From: Microbacterium arborescens
GTDB taxonomy: Bacteria; Actinomycetota; Actinomycetes; Actinomycetales; Microbacteriaceae
Direction of reading: 5' to 3'
DNA: 64,000 nucleotides
Assembly: GCA_036946435.1 (NCBI GenBank)
Contig: JAQIJE010000008.1
Span: 19,715 to 83,714, forward strand
The notes beneath the pieces are model-generated. The model ran no database searches. It was not told where the DNA came from and was given only the letters and a program-made list of their open reading frames with translations. The translations under genes and the position numbers were made by a program. Below, piece by piece: positions 11,300 to 21,568 of the stretch (the first letter of the stretch is position 1; each line of letters opens with the position of its first letter).

Positions 11300-11335
11300 A
11301 CGAGAGGGATGCTGCTGCGGCGGCATCCCTCTCGT
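11300..11335. terminator. Hairpin between convergent rbfA and mutY
   Basis: ACGAGAGGGATGC / GCATCCCTCTCGT stem. Confidence 0.7.
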
Positions 11336-11367
11336 CGTCTCACCCGCGGGTGCGGGAACGCGTCGTC

Positions 11368-12234
11368 TCAGCGCGGGAGGCGCAGGTGGCCGTCGACGGC
11401 CTCGATCAGGCCGTCGACGATGAGCGAGTCGATCGCCCGGTCGCGTTGCCCGCGATCCGGCCACTCCGCCGCGACGAGATCGGCGGGGATCTCGTGCGAC
11501 ACCGACTCGCGGAGCACCCGCAGGATCGCGCCGCGAGCCTGCCGGTCGCTGCCCTCGTACCGCGCCTGTCTGGTGCGGGTGTCGCCCGTGTCGGGGTAGC
11601 CCGCCGCACGCCAGGCGCATCGATCCGCGAGCGGACACGCGTCGCACCGGGGCGTCCGGGCGGTGCAGACCAGGGCTCCCAGCTCCATCGCCGCGGCGTT
11701 CACGACGGCCGCGTCGGCGACGTCGTCGGGGAGGATCGCGGCCATGTCGGCGAGGTCGCGCTTCGCCGCGGGCCCGGGTTGCGAGCGTCCGGAGACGGCG
11801 CGCGCGAGCACACGCCGGGTGTTGGTGTCGACCACGGGATGCCGGTCGCCGTAGGCGAAGACCGCCACGGCGCGTGCGGTGTAGTCGCCGATGCCCGTGA
11901 GGGCGAGGAGCGCGTCGACGTCGCGGGGGACGACGCCGGAGTGACGGTCGCGGATCTCGGTCGCCGCGCGGTGGAGCCACAGGGCGCGGCGCGGGTAGCC
12001 GAGGTTCGCCCACTGGCGCACCGCCTCGGCAGGTGGGGCGCCGGCGAGGTCGGCCGGCGTCGGCCATCGCTCGAGCCAGGCCTCCAGGAGGGGGATGACG
12101 CGTCTGACCGGCGTCTGCTGCAGCATGAACTCACTGACGAGCGTGCCCCAGGCGCCGAAGCCGGCGCGACGCCAGGGGAGGTCGCGTGCGTTCTCGCGGT
12201 ACCACGCGATGAGCGGCGAGGCGAGATCCGGCAT
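11368..12234 (-). CDS. mutY: A/G-specific adenine glycosylase
   Basis: RDLPWR, VSEFMLQQT, LGYPRRA, LTGIGDYTA, VDTNTRRV, Fe-S motif CTARTPRCDACPLADRC. Confidence 0.93.
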   Translation of the reverse strand: MPDLASPLIAWYRENARDLPWRRAGFGAWGTLVSEFMLQQTPVRRVIPLLEAWLERWPTPADLAGAPPAEAVRQWANLGYPRRALWLHRAATEIRDRHSGVVPRDVDALLALTGIGDYTARAVAVFAYGDRHPVVDTNTRRVLARAVSGRSQPGPAAKRDLADMAAILPDDVADAAVVNAAAMELGALVCTARTPRCDACPLADRCAWRAAGYPDTGDTRTRQARYEGSDRQARGAILRVLRESVSHEIPADLVAAEWPDRGQRDRAIDSLIVDGLIEAVDGHLRLPR

Positions 12235-12322
12235 CCGATCAGCCTACGTCGCCGCGTGCGTCGGGCAGCTCGGGCCGGGCGGCGAGAACGAGCGGGCGGG
12301 GGAGCGCCGTAGGCTGGAAGGC

Positions 12323-13234
12323 ATGCCCGAACCCGCCCCCCGCGGCATCCTGCTCGTCGACAAGCCGGGCGGGATGACCAGCCACGACGTCGTGTCGCGA
12401 GCCCGCCGCGCCCTCGGTACACGCAAGATCGGCCACGCCGGCACGCTCGACCCCATGGCCACCGGTCTGCTCGTCCTGGGCGTCGGCGCGGCCACGCGCC
12501 TGCTGACGTACATCGTCGGCCTCGACAAGACCTACGAGGCGACGATCCGGCTCGGGGTGACGACGGACTCCGATGATGCGGACGGCGTCGAGACGACGCG
12601 GTCGACTCCGGCCGCCGTCGAAGCGATCGCCGATGACGCCCTCGCGCGCGGCATCGCGTCGCTGTCGGGTGAGATCGACCAGGTGCCCAGCCGCGTCTCG
12701 GCGATCAAGGTCGGCGGACGCCGGGCGTACGACCTCGCGCGGGCCGGCGAAGAGGTCGAGCTCGCCGCGCGCCGTGTCACGGTGTCGCGATTCGAGGTGC
12801 GTGACCGGCGCGCCGTCGACCTCGGCGAGGGGGACCGCGCGATCGACCTCGACGTCGTCGTCGACTGCACGAGCGGCACCTACATCCGCGCTCTCGCCCG
12901 CGACCTCGGTGCCGGCCTCGGCGTCGGCGGGCACCTGACGGCGCTGCGGCGCACTCGGGTCGGCCCGTTCGACGTCGCGGATGCCCTCTCGGAGCTCGCC
13001 CCCGGCATCCCGCTGCTGAGCGACGCGGCGGTCGCGGCCTCCGTGCTGGGGACGTTCGACGTGACCGCAGACGAAGCGCGCGACCTCCGACACGGAAAGC
13101 GGCTCGTCGGGGCCGCGTCGCGCCTGTCGGGTCGCAGTCCCGCCGCGATCGACCCCGACGGGCGACTGATCGGCATCGTCGAGCGACGCGGCGACGACGT
13201 CAAGAGCCTCATGAACATGGCGGAGAACGCATGA
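12323..13234 (+). CDS. truB: tRNA pseudouridine(55) synthase
   Basis: VDKPGGMTSHDVV, KIGHAGTLDPMATG, CTSGTYIRALARD. TAGGCT -10 lies 7 nt before the ATG. Confidence 0.97.
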   Translation: MPEPAPRGILLVDKPGGMTSHDVVSRARRALGTRKIGHAGTLDPMATGLLVLGVGAATRLLTYIVGLDKTYEATIRLGVTTDSDDADGVETTRSTPAAVEAIADDALARGIASLSGEIDQVPSRVSAIKVGGRRAYDLARAGEEVELAARRVTVSRFEVRDRRAVDLGEGDRAIDLDVVVDCTSGTYIRALARDLGAGLGVGGHLTALRRTRVGPFDVADALSELAPGIPLLSDAAVAASVLGTFDVTADEARDLRHGKRLVGAASRLSGRSPAAIDPDGRLIGIVERRGDDVKSLMNMAENA

Positions 13235-13599
13235 TCTTCGCGTTCACCATCGTCCAGGTCGCCGTGGCGGTCGCCGCGGGACTCCTGTGCGTCATCCTGG
13301 GGCTGGCCGGTCGGCGTCCGAGCGACCTCTCGGTGGGCTCGCTCGCCCTCGTGGAGGTGCTGCTCGTCGCGCAGGTCGTCATCGCCGTCGTCGCGCCGTT
13401 CGCCGGCAACCCGCCGAGCGGCAGCGCGCTGGAGTTCTGGGTCTACCTGGTGTCCGCCGTGCTCCTGCCGCCGGCGGCCGTCTTCTGGGCGCTGATCGAA
13501 CGGAGCCGGTGGAGCACCGTCATCCTGGGCGTCGCGGCGCTGTCGGTCGCCGTGATGGTGTGGCGCATGCAGGTCATCTGGACCGTTCAGGTCGCCTGA
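13231..13599 (+). CDS. Hypothetical membrane protein
   Basis: About 4 TM helices; ATGA overlap with the truB stop; typical codon usage. Confidence 0.8.
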   Translation: MIFAFTIVQVAVAVAAGLLCVILGLAGRRPSDLSVGSLALVEVLLVAQVVIAVVAPFAGNPPSGSALEFWVYLVSAVLLPPAAVFWALIERSRWSTVILGVAALSVAVMVWRMQVIWTVQVA

Positions 13600-13632
13600 A
13601 GCCGGCGCGACGACGCCTATCATTGACAGGTC

Positions 13633-14085
13633 ATGGATCATCCCCGCCCGCGAATGACCGGCATCGGCCGCGTCCTGGTGGTCGTGTACGCGGTCATGGC
13701 CCTCGCCGCGACGGGCCGCTCGTTCGTGCAGATCGTCGAGGACTTCTCGTACGCCCCCCTGGCGTACTCGCTCTCCGCCGCCGCCGCGCTCGTCTACGTC
13801 CTCGCCACCGTCGCCCTGGTCAAGTCGGCCTCACGCGCCTGGTACGTCGTCGCGTGGGTGGCGATCTGCTTCGAGCTCGTCGGTGTGCTCGTCGTCGGAA
13901 CCCTGAGTCTCGTTCTCCCCGAACTCTTCTCGCACGACGCGACGGTGTGGTCGGGCTACGGCTTCGGCTACTTCTGGGTGCCGCTGGCGCTGCCGTTCGT
14001 CGGCATCTGGTGGCTCCTCTCGCACCGCGACGGGGAGCCGGCATCGGGGGAGCGGACCGCTCAGCTGGAAGGATCGTCATGGTGA
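13633..14085 (+). CDS. Hypothetical membrane protein
   Basis: About 4 TM helices (LAATGRS, APLAYSLS, TVWSGYG.GY); overlaps the ribF start. Confidence 0.8.
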   Translation: MDHPRPRMTGIGRVLVVVYAVMALAATGRSFVQIVEDFSYAPLAYSLSAAAALVYVLATVALVKSASRAWYVVAWVAICFELVGVLVVGTLSLVLPELFSHDATVWSGYGFGYFWVPLALPFVGIWWLLSHRDGEPASGERTAQLEGSSW

Positions 14086-15056
14086 CCGTGTTCCGAGACC
14101 CTGCCGAGGTGCCCGCGGGCTTCGGCCCGAGCGTCGTCGCGATCGGCAAGTTCGACGGCGTGCACTCCGGACATCGTGCGGTCATCGATCGCGCGCGGGT
14201 GGATGCCGCGTCGCTCGGCGCGCGCGTCGTCGCGGTCACCTTCGACCGCAACCCGCTCAGCCTGCTGCGGCCCGAGCTCTGCCCGGAGCCGCTGGTCGGG
14301 CTCGACCAGAAGATCGGGCTGCTGGCCTCGGCCGGGGTCGACGCGGTGCTCGTGCTGCGCTTCGATGAGGAGCTCGCATCGCTCCCCGCGCGCGCGTTCG
14401 TCGAACGCATCCTGGTCGGGGCTCTCGGCGCGGTGGGTGTGCTCGTCGGCGACGACTTCCGTTTCGGACGCGGGGGCGAGGGCGATCCCGACGTCCTCGT
14501 CGAACTCGGCCGCGAGCTCGGATTCGACGTCGAGGTCGTCGGTGACGTCCGGGCTCGGGACGCGGGTCGCCGCGTCTCGTCGACGTGGGTGCGCGACCTG
14601 CTCGCCGCCGGCGACGTCGAGGGAGCTGCGCGCCTCCTCGGGCGTCCGCACGCCGTCGAGGGCGTCGTCGTTCACGGCCTCAAGCGCGGACGCGAGCTCG
14701 GATACCCCACGGCGAACCTGGAGACCGATGCCGCGGGGTTCGTCCCGGCCGACGGCGTGTACGCCGGCTGGCTGGTCGACCAGGGGAAGATCGGCGTGAC
14801 CGGGAGCGGTGCACCGGCGAGCGTCATCCGCTACCCCGCCGCCATCTCGGTGGGCACCAACCCGACGTTCGACGACGTGCCGCAGCGTCAGGTCGAGACG
14901 TACGTCCTCGACGAGACGGGCCTCGACCTGTACGGCCACCACGTCGAGGTGCGCTTCACCGCGCGCATCCGGGGGATGGTCGCGTTCGAAGGCATCCCGG
15001 CGCTCATCGCGCAGATGGACGACGACGTCGTCCGCGTGCGCGCCGCCCTCGCGTGA
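14079..15056 (+). CDS. ribF: Bifunctional riboflavin kinase/FAD synthetase
   Basis: IGKFDGVHSGH, VGDDFRFG, VSSTWVR, GRELGYPTAN, SVGTNPTF. Confidence 0.96.
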   Translation: MVTVFRDPAEVPAGFGPSVVAIGKFDGVHSGHRAVIDRARVDAASLGARVVAVTFDRNPLSLLRPELCPEPLVGLDQKIGLLASAGVDAVLVLRFDEELASLPARAFVERILVGALGAVGVLVGDDFRFGRGGEGDPDVLVELGRELGFDVEVVGDVRARDAGRRVSSTWVRDLLAAGDVEGAARLLGRPHAVEGVVVHGLKRGRELGYPTANLETDAAGFVPADGVYAGWLVDQGKIGVTGSGAPASVIRYPAAISVGTNPTFDDVPQRQVETYVLDETGLDLYGHHVEVRFTARIRGMVAFEGIPALIAQMDDDVVRVRAALA

Positions 15057-15065
15057 CGCGCGGCG

Positions 15066-15782
15066 TCAGTACGACGACTCGTCGACCGCGCCGGTCGCCT
15101 CATCGCCCGCGTCGAGACGTCGTGCCTCGCCGAGGATGGTCGCACTGCCGCTCGTACCCAGGCGCGTCGCACCCGCGTCGAGCATCGAGATCGCGTCGGA
15201 GTAGCTGCGCACGCCGCCCGAGGCCTTGACTTGGACCGACGCGCCGACGTTCTCGCGCATGAGGCGCACGTGCGGGACCGTCGCGCCCCCGCCGGCGAAG
15301 CCGGTCGACGTCTTCACGAACGCGGCACCGCCCGCCTCGGTCAGCCGGCTGCCGCGGGCGATCTGCTCGTCGTCGAGCAGGCTCGTCTCGAGGATGACCT
15401 TGACGACCTTGCCGGCGGCGGCGTCGACCACGGCGCGGATGTCGTCGACGACGACGTCATCGAAGCCGGAACGCAACGCGGCGATGTTGACGACCATGTC
15501 GAACTCGGACGCGCCGTCGGCGTCGGCCTGCCGCACCTCGGCCACCTTCGCGGCCGTCGACGTCGTGCCGTGGGGGAACCCGATGACGGTCCCCACCAGC
15601 ACGCCCGTGCCCGCGAGACGCTCGACGGCGTAGGGGACGTCGGACGGGCGCACGCAGACGGAGAACACCTTCCACTCGGCGGCGATGTCGAGTTCGGCAT
15701 CGACCTGCGTGCGGGTCAGTTCGGGCTTCAGGATCGCGTGGTCGAGGGTCGCGGCGAGCTCGCGCTCGGAGATCGTGGACAT
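15066..15782 (-). CDS. deoC: Deoxyribose-phosphate aldolase
   Basis: LDHAILKP, VIGFPHG, KVILET, FVKTSTGF, VKASGGVR, RLGTS. Confidence 0.96.
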   Translation of the reverse strand: MSTISERELAATLDHAILKPELTRTQVDAELDIAAEWKVFSVCVRPSDVPYAVERLAGTGVLVGTVIGFPHGTTSTAAKVAEVRQADADGASEFDMVVNIAALRSGFDDVVVDDIRAVVDAAAGKVVKVILETSLLDDEQIARGSRLTEAGGAAFVKTSTGFAGGGATVPHVRLMRENVGASVQVKASGGVRSYSDAISMLDAGATRLGTSGSATILGEARRLDAGDEATGAVDESSY

Positions 15783-16051
15783 GCTTTCAGCGTACGCCGT
15801 CCGTGCGCGCCGCCTTCGCGGTCTCCGTCGGATCGGATGCGGGCCGCGTGTTCTCGCGGCCCGCGGTCGCGATGCCGTAGAATGCTCGTCGGGGACATCG
15901 TCGTATTCGACGCCGCTGCTCGCTGAAGCGAGTGCCCGTGGCCGATCGACGTGAACGTCTCTTCGCTCGCGTGACGCCTCGGCGTCGGCTCGAGCGGCTC
16001 ACCGTACGTTTCCGTCACGACGGAACTCCGGCACACAGGCTCAGGAGGAGC

Positions 16052-18206
16052 ATGCCGACCATGGCCACCGCCGCAGCGACCGCCAACCGCCGCAGGAAGT
16101 CCTCATCCGCGCGCCGCGATGACGACGCCCCGCTGATCCCGATCCTCGCTCGCAAGGTACGCGAGGTCGAGGCGAAGGCGCAGCGCGGCAAGCTCGGACC
16201 TACCAACCGCGTCAAGTTCCAGGTGATCGCCTTCCTCGTGCGCGAGGAGCGGGCGCGGGGTCAAGGCCGACGAGAACGTCTCGAGCGCCGCACGCGCCGA
16301 GCTGCTCAAGCGTCTCGACGGCGTGGCGACCATCCTCGCGAAGACGGCCGCGCGCGACACCTCGCTCATCCAGCTGCTCGAGGTCGACCAGGCGACGTCG
16401 CCCGTCGCGAAGCGCATGCGTCGCGACTGGCTGCTCGAGTCGGGCGCCGAGCTCGCCGAGGACGAGCTCATCATCACCGACGTCGCGCCCGTTCAGGCGC
16501 CCGTCGTGCCCGCGGCGCTGGCCGAGCGGCAGGTCGTCCCGCCGCAGGTGCTGACGCGCCGCGACGCGAACCCCTTCCTCCCGCCCGACCTCGAGCTGCG
16601 CGTGCCGCACGCCACCCCGCGGCGCCGTCTCGACGGCTGGGAGCTCATGGGGCCGCTCTACAAGGCCTTCGAGACGGGAGCGGGGGGCGCCGCGGCGTCG
16701 ATGGACCTGCCGCCCGTGCCCGAGTTCGACCGGCTCTCGCCCAAGGGGCTCGAGATCATGCCGCACCAGTCGCGGTTCCTCGAGTCGGTGCGTGCGGGGC
16801 ATCGTTCGTTCCTGCTCGCGGACGAGCCGGGCCTCGGCAAGACCGCGCAGTCGGTCCTCGCGGCATCCGTCGCCGGGTCGTACCCGCTGCTCGCGGTCGT
16901 CCCCAACGTCGTGAAAATGAACTGGGCACGCGAGGTCGAGCGGTGGACGCCGCAACGCCGCGCGACCGTGATCTCGGGCGACGGAGATCAGATCGACGCC
17001 TTCGCCGACGTCTTCATCGTCAACTACGAGGTGCTCGACCGGCACCTGTCGTGGCTCGGATCGATCGGCCTGAAGGGCATGGTCGTCGACGAGGCGCACT
17101 TCATCAAGAATCTCGGGTCGCAGCGGTCGCAGAATGTGCTGGCCCTCGCCGGCCGCATCCGCGAGCAGGTCCGCGACCCCCTCATGCTGGCTCTGACCGG
17201 TACTCCGCTCATCAACGACGTCGAGGACTTCGACGCCATCTGGCGCTTCCTCGGCTGGACCAACGGCGAGAAGCCCGGTCCGCTGCTGATGGAGCGTCTG
17301 GACGACACGGGATTCACCCCCGCCGACAAGGCCTTCTACCCTGCCGCGCGCGGTGCGGTGATCTCGATGGGTATCGTGCGGCGCAAGAAGAAGGATGTCG
17401 CCGCCGACCTGCCCGACAAGCTCGTGGCCGACCTGCCCGTTCAGCTCGACGACGAGTACGGCCGGTCGATCCGCCAGGCCGAGCACGAGCTCGGCGAGCG
17501 TCTCGCGGCCCGCTACCGGCGGATCATCGAGGCACGCGGCGACAAGGTGCTCATCGGCGAGGCGGACGACGACATCGTGCGTCTGGTCGCCTCGCAGGAG
17601 CTCGAGGAGTCGAAGGCCGCAGGGACGGGCGCCGAGAACGTCTTCACGATGGTGCGCCGTATCGGTCAGGCCAAGGCCGTGCTCGCCGCGGACTACGCCG
17701 CCCAGCTGCAGCGCTCGGTCGGCAAGGTCGTCTTCTTCGCCAAGCACATCGACGTCATGGACGCCGCTGAGGCGCACTTCGCCGCCGCGGGGCTGCGCAC
17801 GGTGTCGCTGCGAGGAGATCAGACGGCGACCGCGCGACAGGCCGCGATCGATGCGTTCAACACCGATCCGGGTGTGGCGATCGCGGTGTGCTCGCTCACG
17901 GCGGCGGGAGTCGGCGTGAACATGCAGGCTGCTTCGAACGTCGTGTTGGCCGAGCTGTCGTGGACGGCGGCCGAGCAGACGCAGGCCATCGACCGCGTGC
18001 ACCGCATCGGTCAGGAGGAGCCGGTCACGGCGTGGCGGATCATCGCAGCCCACACGATCGACACGAAGATCGCCGAGCTGATCGACTCCAAGCAGGGGCT
18101 CGCGGCGCGCGCCCTCGACGGTGAGGCCGTCGACCCGACGTCGAGCGACTCGGTGCAGCTGTCGGCGCTCATGCACCTGCTCCGGCAGGCTCTCGGCGCC
18201 GCGTGA
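16052..18206 (+). pseudogene. SNF2-family (SF2) helicase/ATPase, frameshifted near 16257-16260 (true lesion or sequencing error)
   Basis: AGGAGG SD then ATG 16052, read to ..VREERAR. Removing one G from CGGGGTC joins it to VKADENV..DGVATILAK of ORF 16323-18206. That ORF has LADEPGLGKT, VVDEAH, LTGTP and QAIDRVHRIGQ. Confidence 0.85.
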
Positions 18207-18230
18207 TGCGAGCGCCGCGCACCGCGCGGT

Positions 18231-18279
18231 GACGAGAACGGGGGCGGACGACCGGAAGGTCACCGCCCCCGTTCTCGTC
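18231..18279. terminator. Bidirectional terminator-like hairpin
   Basis: 17-bp stem GACGAGAACGGGGGCGG / CCGCCCCCGTTCTCGTC between convergent genes. Confidence 0.75.
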
Positions 18280-18822
18280 TCACACCGAGGCGGTCCGCGG
18301 GTAGCGCGCGGCGACCGTCCAGAAGTCGTCCGACGGCTGGAGCAGGCGGTAGTCGAAGGCGGAACCGTCGACGAACGTGAACCGGGTCACCAGCGTGCCG
18401 CCTTGCGCGCGCTTGCCGGTGTCGACGATCGAGGCGATGTCGTCCCGCGAGATGCTCTGCACGAGCTCGGCGGGCGGTTGCGTGCCGGTCATGCCGAAGT
18501 CCCACCACGTGACACGGTGCTCTCCGAGGGCGAGCACGCGAAGATCGCTCTCCTGAGTGAGGGTGCGGGCGATCGACCCCGCCTCACCGACGACGTGCTT
18601 CGATCCGGCGACCTTGTTCTCCACGGCGGCGAGCGCCTTGCTGAAGAGGACGCCGTCGACCGACAGGGTTCCCGCCGCGCCCCCGCGGGTGTAGGCGGCG
18701 GGGAAGCTCCTCGAGAACGTGAGCACAGTGTCGCCGTCGTGGTCGTTCGCGGCGGCGATCTCGGCGACGTAGTCGGGGGTGGCGCCCGCGAAGGCGGCGG
18801 TCAGTTTGTCGAACAGGCCCAT
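18280..18822 (-). CDS. Hypothetical protein (possible PH-like fold)
   Basis: 180-aa ORF with GAGAGGA SD, normal codon bias and a beta-rich C-terminal half. Confidence 0.75.
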   Translation of the reverse strand: MGLFDKLTAAFAGATPDYVAEIAAANDHDGDTVLTFSRSFPAAYTRGGAAGTLSVDGVLFSKALAAVENKVAGSKHVVGEAGSIARTLTQESDLRVLALGEHRVTWWDFGMTGTQPPAELVQSISRDDIASIVDTGKRAQGGTLVTRFTFVDGSAFDYRLLQPSDDFWTVAARYPRTASV

Positions 18823-18916
18823 GAGCTGTCCTCTCGTCGGGGTGGGGATGGGGGCGCGACGATGCCGGCCCGTCGGGACTCGGACGATCCTCGCGGAACG
18901 GCATCCTCGGCGGCAC

Positions 18917-21397
18917 TCATCCCGAACGCTCCCGAACGTCGTCGGCGAGTGCCGCGAGCTTCGCCGAGACTTCGCGGGCGCGGATGTGCCCCATCGATCG
19001 CAGGATGTCGTGACCGATGCGCAGCTCGGCGCGGGCCCGCTCGGTGAGGCCGAGCCGAGCCGCCGCGTCGCCGCGGATCACGTGCGACCGGGCGATCTCG
19101 TGGCGGTCGCCGAGAGCCGCTGCGCTCTCGGCTGCGGCGAGCGCGTGCTCGTGCGCGAGCTCGGCGTCGCCGCGGGCGAGCGCGATCTCCGCGATGGTGC
19201 AGAGCGCGTCGGGTACCGGCAGAGCGACGTCGAGTCGTTCGGCATCGGCGAGGGCGCGTCGCGCATCCGCCTCGGCCGCATCGAGGTGCCGTAGGCGCAG
19301 TCGGATGGCGGCGCGGAGCACCAGCGCGTCGATGGGGGCGTCGAACGACGTGTGCGTATCGGGATCGACGTCGGCCAGCAGGTCGTCTGCCGACGCCGCG
19401 TCACCGGCAGCGGCGAGGGACCGCGCGCGCAGCAGGCGGATCGCCAAGGGAGAGGGCGTGGGAGGTGCTGCCTCGAGCAGTGTCGTGCTCGCCTCCAGCG
19501 CGGCGTCGGTGCGACCGAGATCGAGATCGAGATGGATGCGGTTCGCCCGCAGGATCGAGAGGTTGACCTCGTCGCCGGCGTCGGCCGACACTCGTCCTGC
19601 TTCGTCGAAGAGGGCCTCGGAGTCCGCGAGGTCCCCGGTGATCCGCGCGAGGTTGGCCAGGTTGCCCAGCGCCCGGCCGAGGGTGACGGGGTTGTCGGCT
19701 GCGGACGCCGTGTCGGCTGCCTTCCGGTAGGCCGCCTCGGCGTGATCGAGACGCCCGAGGTGGCGCTGGAGGTTGCCGATCACGTTCCACAGACGTCCCG
19801 GCATCCGCTCCGCCCCGGCGCGTCGAGCACGGTGCAGGGCCGCGAGCGATTCGTCGATCCGTCCGAGCATCTCGTAGGCGCGGGCGAGGTGCTCGGCGAT
19901 GAGGGCGCGGTCCGCGTCGTCCGCCGGTGATCCGGCGTGCTCGAGGACGGTGGTCATCTCGCCCCAGTGGCCCGCCTCCTCCAGCGCGGGGCCGAGGTCC
20001 ACCGCGAGGCGAACGAGCGCTTCCTGCGCACCGGCCCGCCGTGCCGCCACCGCGGTCGCCGCGGTCAGGTCGGCGGCGGACCGAGACAGGGGCCGGGGCA
20101 CGACGACCCGCAAAGCGTCCGCGACGCGGGCGATGCGTTCCCGGCGAGCCGAGGCGGGGTCGTCGACCTCGGAGCGCTCGCGGGCGAACGCCGTCACGGT
20201 GTCGTGCATCCGCAACGTGCCGCCCTCGTGCTCGAGCAGGTGCAGAGCGATCAGGCGCGGAACGGTGCGCGAAGCGGGACGCAGCGCCTCGTCGACGACC
20301 TCGAGCGGAACGGGTGCGCCGATCACGGCGAGCGTCCGCAGCACGAGAGCCTCCTCGCCGCTCAGATCGCGGTAGAGGGTGTCGAGGAGGGGATGCAGGG
20401 CGTCTCGCGACCCGGCCGTCCGGAAGTAGTGCGCGACGTCCTCTGCCGACCAGTCCGCGTGGTCTCGGGCGAACCGCACGATGAGCTCGATCGAGAGCCG
20501 GATGCCGCCGCTCGTCTCCGCCAACGCGGCCAGGGCTGCCGGATCCACGGGAGCCTCCCACGCGTCGCCGATCAGCCGAGCGGCGTCGTCCGGCGACAGC
20601 GGCGCGAGCTCGTGGCGACGGACGCGGTGCGCCCGCGGGGAGTCGGTCGTGCGGATCGCCGCCTCCAGCTCGGGCAGGCGCGACCTGCTCGTGACGATCC
20701 AGTGCACGTCGGCGGCGAGCAGCGTCGTCAGGCCGTCGGCCGAGCGCACGTCGTCGACGATGACGGCGGTGGCTCGATCGCGTGCCGTTCGGGACAGCGC
20801 CGCGGCGACGGCTCCGAGGTCGCCGCGCGACGCGTCGCGCACTCCCATCGCGGCGGCGACGGCGCGCAGCAGCGCAGCGGGAGCCGCGGGCTCGTACGCC
20901 GGGTGGTATCCCCGAGCGGGCACGTGCACGACGCGTTCGACGGCGCCGGCGGAGCGTGCCCGTTCCGCCAGCTCGCGAGCCAGGGTGCTCTTGCCCACCC
21001 CGGGAAGCCCCGTGATGACCGTCACGACCCCGGGCGGCGGAAGCGGCGCCGCGGCGCCGGGGGAGCGGGTCGGCGTCAGGATCGACGCCGAGACGGGGTC
21101 GTCGCCGGCCCGGGCGGCCGACCGGCGCCGCCAGGTCTGCGCTTCGTCTTCGTCGCCGGTGAGGGCGAGCACGATGTCGTGGACCAGCTCGGCGTCGAGG
21201 CGGGCGCGCCCGGCACGGAAGCAGTCGTAGACCGTCACGCGTCCGGGCGTGTGCGGGATGCCGCGCCGCGACCGATCGCGCCCGATGCGCCGGCGGATCT
21301 CCTCGTACGAGGGCGAGCCGTGCGCGCTGCGCAGCTCTCGCAGCGCGGCGGCGAGCTCGTCGGGTGCGACGGCGTCGCCGTGGTCGCGTCCGATCAT
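18917..21397 (-). CDS. STAND NTPase: N-terminal HTH + NB-ARC-like ATPase + TPR repeats
   Basis: LRELR..GSPSYEEI HTH, Walker A GLPGVGKST, Walker B VIVDD, WIVTSR, LRMHD motif, TPR-like WNVIGNLQRHLG and ALGNLANLARITG. Confidence 0.85.
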   Translation of the reverse strand: MIGRDHGDAVAPDELAAALRELRSAHGSPSYEEIRRRIGRDRSRRGIPHTPGRVTVYDCFRAGRARLDAELVHDIVLALTGDEDEAQTWRRRSAARAGDDPVSASILTPTRSPGAAAPLPPPGVVTVITGLPGVGKSTLARELAERARSAGAVERVVHVPARGYHPAYEPAAPAALLRAVAAAMGVRDASRGDLGAVAAALSRTARDRATAVIVDDVRSADGLTTLLAADVHWIVTSRSRLPELEAAIRTTDSPRAHRVRRHELAPLSPDDAARLIGDAWEAPVDPAALAALAETSGGIRLSIELIVRFARDHADWSAEDVAHYFRTAGSRDALHPLLDTLYRDLSGEEALVLRTLAVIGAPVPLEVVDEALRPASRTVPRLIALHLLEHEGGTLRMHDTVTAFARERSEVDDPASARRERIARVADALRVVVPRPLSRSAADLTAATAVAARRAGAQEALVRLAVDLGPALEEAGHWGEMTTVLEHAGSPADDADRALIAEHLARAYEMLGRIDESLAALHRARRAGAERMPGRLWNVIGNLQRHLGRLDHAEAAYRKAADTASAADNPVTLGRALGNLANLARITGDLADSEALFDEAGRVSADAGDEVNLSILRANRIHLDLDLGRTDAALEASTTLLEAAPPTPSPLAIRLLRARSLAAAGDAASADDLLADVDPDTHTSFDAPIDALVLRAAIRLRLRHLDAAEADARRALADAERLDVALPVPDALCTIAEIALARGDAELAHEHALAAAESAAALGDRHEIARSHVIRGDAAARLGLTERARAELRIGHDILRSMGHIRAREVSAKLAALADDVRERSG

Positions 21398-21568
21398 CGC
21401 CGCAGCCTCCGCATCCTTCGATCGTGGCGCAACTGCTCACGGACCGCGAACCGGGGCGCGGGAGGTTCTCCCGGCGGCACGCGCCTGGCAGCGCCCGCGC
21501 GACGACGATAGTCTCGGTCTGAGGCAGCGTCGCCACACCCCACCCGAGCAACAACGAAGGATCTCCCC

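Noticed and set aside
15932-17770. 612-aa ORF as an independent gene
   Set aside because: Only 16052-16258 looks like real protein; the rest is the off-frame tail caused by the extra G.
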